Assembly (NCBI RefSeq): GCF_000284455.1
Contig: NC_017039.1
Coordinates: 2,670,001-2,702,000 of the forward strand
DNA: 32,000 nt
DNA from: Synechocystis sp. PCC 6803 substr. PCC-P
GTDB taxonomy: Bacteria > Cyanobacteriota > Cyanobacteriia > Cyanobacteriales > Microcystaceae
Direction of reading: 5' to 3'
Positions 27,896 to 32,000 of the stretch are shown one piece after another. Position numbers and translations under genes: made by a program. The notes under the pieces were generated by a model. The model searched no databases. It was not told the DNA's origin and worked only from the letters and a program-made list of their open reading frames with translations. The first letter of the stretch is position 1, and the number at the start of each line of letters is the position of its first letter.

Positions 27896-28645
27896 ATGAG
27901 CCAATCACCAATTCTGTTTTTCCAGCATGGTATGGGTGAAAGCAATCAAAATATGCAAATTTTGGCGGGAAGAGTTGCTTCAGAAAACGCATATGTTGTT
28001 GTTCCTAACTTAAACCTGCTCACTACTTTTTTAAATCTTGATCCCCTCATTGAAGTAGTGGAACGCTCTGCAAGTGAGACTCTGAATGATTTTCCTCAAT
28101 CTACTTTCAGTGTGGTCGGCTTTTCCATGGGGGGCATTCTTTGGGTGGAAGTTTTATCTAGAAATCCATCTTGGCTAGAACGCTTAGATGCCTTGGTTTT
28201 AATAGGTTCACCAATCCAAGGAGCATCTTTGGCAAGAACAGTAGATCTGTTTGGTTGGGGGATTGGTATTGCTCAAGAGTTGGGACGCAATCGTCAATAT
28301 TTAGCGGAAAAAATCACACAAAAGATACCAACTTTAGTGATTGCCGGAAGTGTTAATGGTGGTGGTGATGGTGTTATTCCTATCGAGTCAACCAGGCTAA
28401 ATGGTACTCATTTTTTTACACGGAACAATGTAAAGCATCAAGATCTACCTATAGATCTAATCATCGGTGAAAAAGTTAAGTCGTTTTTATTACATCCATA
28501 TCTAATTCCATCTGAGAATTCTAGAATAACCCGATTAATTGATCATTTTGAGCATGTAGAAGGAATGACACCGGCTGACGAAAGAGATTTTCCAAGAGCA
28601 ACCATTAGCCATACATTCTCTGACGGTATTACCCTGCGAGAGTGA
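27896..28645 (+). CDS. alpha/beta-hydrolase (lipase/esterase-like)
   Basis: This is a 249-aa ORF. The nucleophile elbow is GFSMGG, with likely Asp in GGGDGVIP and His in VKHQD. The gene is visibly AT-richer than its neighbours. Confidence 0.8.
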   Translation: MSQSPILFFQHGMGESNQNMQILAGRVASENAYVVVPNLNLLTTFLNLDPLIEVVERSASETLNDFPQSTFSVVGFSMGGILWVEVLSRNPSWLERLDALVLIGSPIQGASLARTVDLFGWGIGIAQELGRNRQYLAEKITQKIPTLVIAGSVNGGGDGVIPIESTRLNGTHFFTRNNVKHQDLPIDLIIGEKVKSFLLHPYLIPSENSRITRLIDHFEHVEGMTPADERDFPRATISHTFSDGITLRE

Positions 28646-28770
28646 GTCAATCCTGTGGGTGTTAGGCATATTTTTATTGCAGATGTAACCGGCAAATGTC
28701 AATTTTCTGGCTTTACTGGATGGGTACATAATAAAGCCCTTAAAAGAGCCATCTTGGTAGCACAGAATTT

Positions 28771-29535
28771 TTAATTGACACCGCCCAGTATAGGTGCCAA
28801 TTGCTGACGGAGATTAGCCGGATAATTAACCACTGCCCCGATGACCACGATCGCCGGGGCTTGAAAATTTTCTACTTCAATCTGGGCCAAAATGGTGGCA
28901 AAAGTGCCAACTAGTTTCTGTTGTTCTGGACAGGTTCCCCAACGAATTAGGGCAATGGGAGTATCTTCCCCCAACCCCGCCAGCATTAACTGGGGCAAAA
29001 TGGTGGCCAAACTGTACACCCCCATATAAATCACAATGGTTTCCGAGCCCTTGGCGATCGCCGCCCAATTGACTTCAGGCCGATATTTTCCCGCCGATTC
29101 ATGGCCCGTGACAAAGGTGACGGAGGAACTGTAAGCCCGATGGGTGAGGGGAATTTGAGCGTAGGCAGGGGCAGCAATGCCCGCTGTAATGCCCGGTACC
29201 ACTTCCACCTCAATGCCAGCTTTGACTAGGTCTTCCATCTCTTCCCCCCCCCGGCCAAAAATAAATGGATCTCCCCCTTTCAAGCGCACCACCACGGCGT
29301 GTTTTTCAGCTAATTGCGCCAATAACTGTGTAGTTTCTGACTGTAATTTGGTGTGTCTGCCCCTCCTTTTGCCTGCATCAATCAATTCGGCTTGGGGATT
29401 AACCATAGCTAAAATAGCTGTACTCACCAAAGCGTCATAGACCACTGCTTCGGCATTTTCCAACAAAGTTTTACCCTTAACAGTTATCAAGCCAGGATCC
29501 CCAGGCCCCGCTCCAACTAAATACACTTTGCCCAT
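28771..29535 (-). CDS. cobA: uroporphyrinogen-III C-methyltransferase (SUMT)
   Basis: I prefer ATG 29535 (MGKVYLVGAGPGDPGL); the track starts at GTG 29562. The SUMT signature reads VVRLKGGDPFIFGRGGEE. Confidence 0.9.
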   Translation of the reverse strand: MGKVYLVGAGPGDPGLITVKGKTLLENAEAVVYDALVSTAILAMVNPQAELIDAGKRRGRHTKLQSETTQLLAQLAEKHAVVVRLKGGDPFIFGRGGEEMEDLVKAGIEVEVVPGITAGIAAPAYAQIPLTHRAYSSSVTFVTGHESAGKYRPEVNWAAIAKGSETIVIYMGVYSLATILPQLMLAGLGEDTPIALIRWGTCPEQQKLVGTFATILAQIEVENFQAPAIVVIGAVVNYPANLRQQLAPILGGVN

Positions 29536-29573
29536 CAATCCGTTTTGCAACCTAACAACCACCCTTTGTAGAA

Positions 29574-29579
29574 ATTATA
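29574..29579 (-). promoter_or_regulatory. candidate -10 box TATAAT (minus strand) for cobA
   Basis: The minus strand reads ctatctcTATAATttc, about 40 nt upstream of ATG 29535. Confidence 0.35.
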
Positions 29580-29757
29580 GAGATAGAAAAATATTCAACA
29601 GTTTTTAGAGCCTGTTTTAAAAGCCCCTCTGGCCCCTCAAATTAGGAGGAATACTGAGTGAAAGTCCCCCATTATTGGGGAATTTAGGGGGCGGAATAAA
29701 ACTTTTTAAACACGTTCTTACGTCATTCACGTCAAATTTTTAACATTTTACCAGAGG

Positions 29758-32000
29758 CTATTTACCCACTAAAGTTTCCATTTTTGTTTCTGGTAAAGCC
29801 CCTTGCATCTTGCCAAACCAGTCAATTAAATTATCCATTTGCTTAGCTGGGGCCAACACTCCTAAACCCCGCACCACCACTTTTTTGGCACTGTAAACAA
29901 AGCGGGACTGGAGATGATTGGGTAAATTTTCCGCTAATAATTTCCAAGCGGGTTCCTCCATGGGCGTTTCCAAGACAAGATTTTGTTTACCCTCCACTTT
30001 AATGCGAGAAAAGCCTAAGGATTTGGCTAAATGCTTGAGCTTAACCACTTTAAATAATTCCTCCACCGGACTTGGTAACATACCATACCGATCGCCCCAA
30101 TCCAAGGCAATTTTCGGCAACTCATCAGTGGATTCAATGCTAGTAATGCGACGATAGGCGGCCATTTTTTCTTCTAAATCGGGAATGTAGTCGCTGGGAA
30201 TAAAGGCAGTGAGAGGTAAATCTATTTGGGTATCTTCCACTTTGGGAATTTCCTGACCCTGGATTTCTTTAATGGCATCTTGCAACATCTCCATATAAAA
30301 CTCATAACCGATCGCCTCCATTTGCCCCGATTGTTCTGCACCCAAAAGATTACCTACGCCCCGAATTTCCATATCCCTAGTGGCCAGTTGATAACCGGAA
30401 CCAAGTTGGCTGAATTCTTGCAATGCCCGCAGTCTTAATCTAGCTTTTTCCGTTAACTGTTTTTGGTTAGGATAGAGCAACCAAGCATGGGCTTGAATAC
30501 CCGATCGCCCTACCCGACCCCGCAGTTGATAAAGTTGGGCCAAGCCAAATTTTTGGGCATCTTCAACAATAATTGTGTTTACCCTGGGAATATCCAAACC
30601 AGCTTCGATGATAGTAGTACAAACTAAAATGTCCGCCTCACCATCATTGAAAGCTAACATAGTACTTTCCAACTCAGATTCCTCCATTTGACCATGACCA
30701 ATGGCAATGCGAGCACTGGGCACCATTTGTCGCAGTTGTCCTCCCAATTCCTCAATACCTTCAATGCGAGGCACGACATAAAAAACCTGCCCACCCCGGT
30801 CTAGCTCGTTACGAATGGCGGTGCGAATTACTTCGGGATTGTAGGGAGATAAATGGGTTTTAATGGGGCGACGGGAAGGTGGCGGTGTGGTAATCAGACT
30901 CATTTCCCGAATGCCGGAAAGGGACATATAAAGGGTACGGGGAATGGGAGTTGCCGTTAGGGTTAATACATCTACTTCCGTTTTCAGGGTCTTAATTTTT
31001 TCCTTTTGGTTAACACCAAAGCGCTGTTCTTCGTCAATAACTAAAAGTCCTAAATCTTTAAATTTTACCGATGTACCTAATACCTGTTGGGTACCTACCA
31101 CAATATCTAATTCACCACTTTTTAACTTGGCTAAAATCTCCTTTTTCTCCGAAGCAGTGCGAAAACGATTCAGTAAACCAATGGTGATGGGATAGGGAGC
31201 AAATCTTTCTTTAAGGGTGTGGTAATGCTGTTGGGTTAACACCGTGGTGGGAGCTAGTAAAGCCACCTGTTTATTGCCACTGGTCACGGCCTTAAAAATG
31301 GCCCGCACCGCCACTTCTGTTTTGCCAAAGCCCACATCCCCACACACTAATCTATCCATCGGGCGATCTCCTTCCAAATCCCTTTTCACATCCTGTACTG
31401 CTTTTAGTTGATCGGGGGTGGGTTGGTAGGGGAAAGAATCTTCCAATTCCTGTTGCCAGGGACTATCCGGCGGATAGGCATAACCCACCTGTTTTGCCCG
31501 CTTAGCATAAAGATTGAGCAAATCAACGGCCAATTTTTTAACTGCTTTGCGGACTTTATTTTTGGTGGCTTCCCACACTTTACCGCCCATTTTATGCAGT
31601 TCGGGAGGTCTAGTTCCCGTATGGCGAAAGCGGGATAAACTGTCCAAACTATCGGCGGGCACCCGCAAAATGCCGTCGGCATATTGGATCATTAAATATT
31701 CCCGATTAGCCAACGCATCCAACTTCAAAAATTTGCCAATGCCATGACTTTTGTGGACTACATAATCCCCAGGGGAAAGTTTATTAATGTCAACTTGTTT
31801 AGACGTAGCCCGTCGCCGTTTCCGCACATATTCCGGTGTAGCTAAAGCATGCTGACCAAATAATTCTCGATCCGTGACTAAAACTAAACGAAAGGTCGGT
31901 AAGATAAACCCTTCTAATTCCGCTAATCCTGAATACTTTAACGTCACCGCTGTCCGTTGAATCTGACTTTTTTCAATGGCAGGATAATCCCTCGGATTGG
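29758..32000 (-). CDS. mfd: transcription-repair coupling factor (partial; the N-terminus lies beyond the right edge)
   Basis: The CarD-like region reads [14 protein letters not shown]. Helicase motifs are [20 protein letters not shown] and QLRGRVGRS. The frame stays open upstream of the track start (31947) through nt 32000. Confidence 0.95.

Noticed and set aside
26972-29562. Longer N-terminal extensions given by the track for several genes (lpxA at 26972, the Cys-repeat protein at 26999, cobA at 29562; elsewhere gyrA at 15725, cbiO at 20209 and the accessory protein at 22136)
   Set aside because: The extensions use GTG or TTG starts or overlap the upstream gene. Internal ATGs give canonical N-termini and sensible intergenic spacing.
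1-32000. CRISPR arrays, tRNA/rRNA/tmRNA/RNase P genes, IS elements, integrases, toxin-antitoxin pairs
   Set aside because: I scanned the intergenic regions by eye. I found no spaced direct-repeat arrays, no tRNA-like T-loop/acceptor patterns, no transposase-like or integrase-like ORFs, and no obvious two-gene TA cassettes.

Overview
This window is a cyanobacterial chromosomal segment, almost certainly Synechocystis sp. PCC 6803 or a very close relative. I count 35 perfect copies of the HIP1 octamer GCGATCGC. The gene order matches my unverified memory of the sll0377-sll0385 / slr0415-slr0418 neighbourhood. About 30 protein genes are present and most are housekeeping. They include metG, gyrA, mfd (partial), lpxA, cobA, a PBP4-type dacB, a dGTPase-like HD hydrolase, a nitrilase-superfamily hydrolase, a histidine phosphatase, a CPA2 Na+/H+ antiporter and a five-gene ECF-type Ni/Co uptake operon. 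I found no rRNA, tRNA, CRISPR array, IS element or prophage. I do not see an unambiguous novel system, so the points below are leads only. (1) A 599-codon minus-strand CDS at nt 1-1797 is missing from the supplied ORF track because it has no in-window stop. It encodes a zinc-ribbon / degenerate kinase-like / PP2C phosphatase and sits divergently to a MIDAS-intact vWA gene that is tightly linked to PBP4. (2) An OmpR-type response regulator has Asn in place of the phospho-acceptor Asp. It appears to form an operon with a DUF1361-like membrane protein and the dGTPase-like gene, and a perfect 2 x 10 bp tandem repeat lies upstream. (3) The ECF metal transporter lacks a CbiN-sized gene and instead carries two His-rich periplasmic accessory genes. 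About 420 bp of unexplained sequence lies upstream of it. (4) Two AT-rich, HIP1-free patches (about 23.6-25.0 kb and 27.7-28.8 kb) hold orphan small secreted proteins and an alpha/beta hydrolase. All domain calls come from motif reading by eye; no database search was possible.
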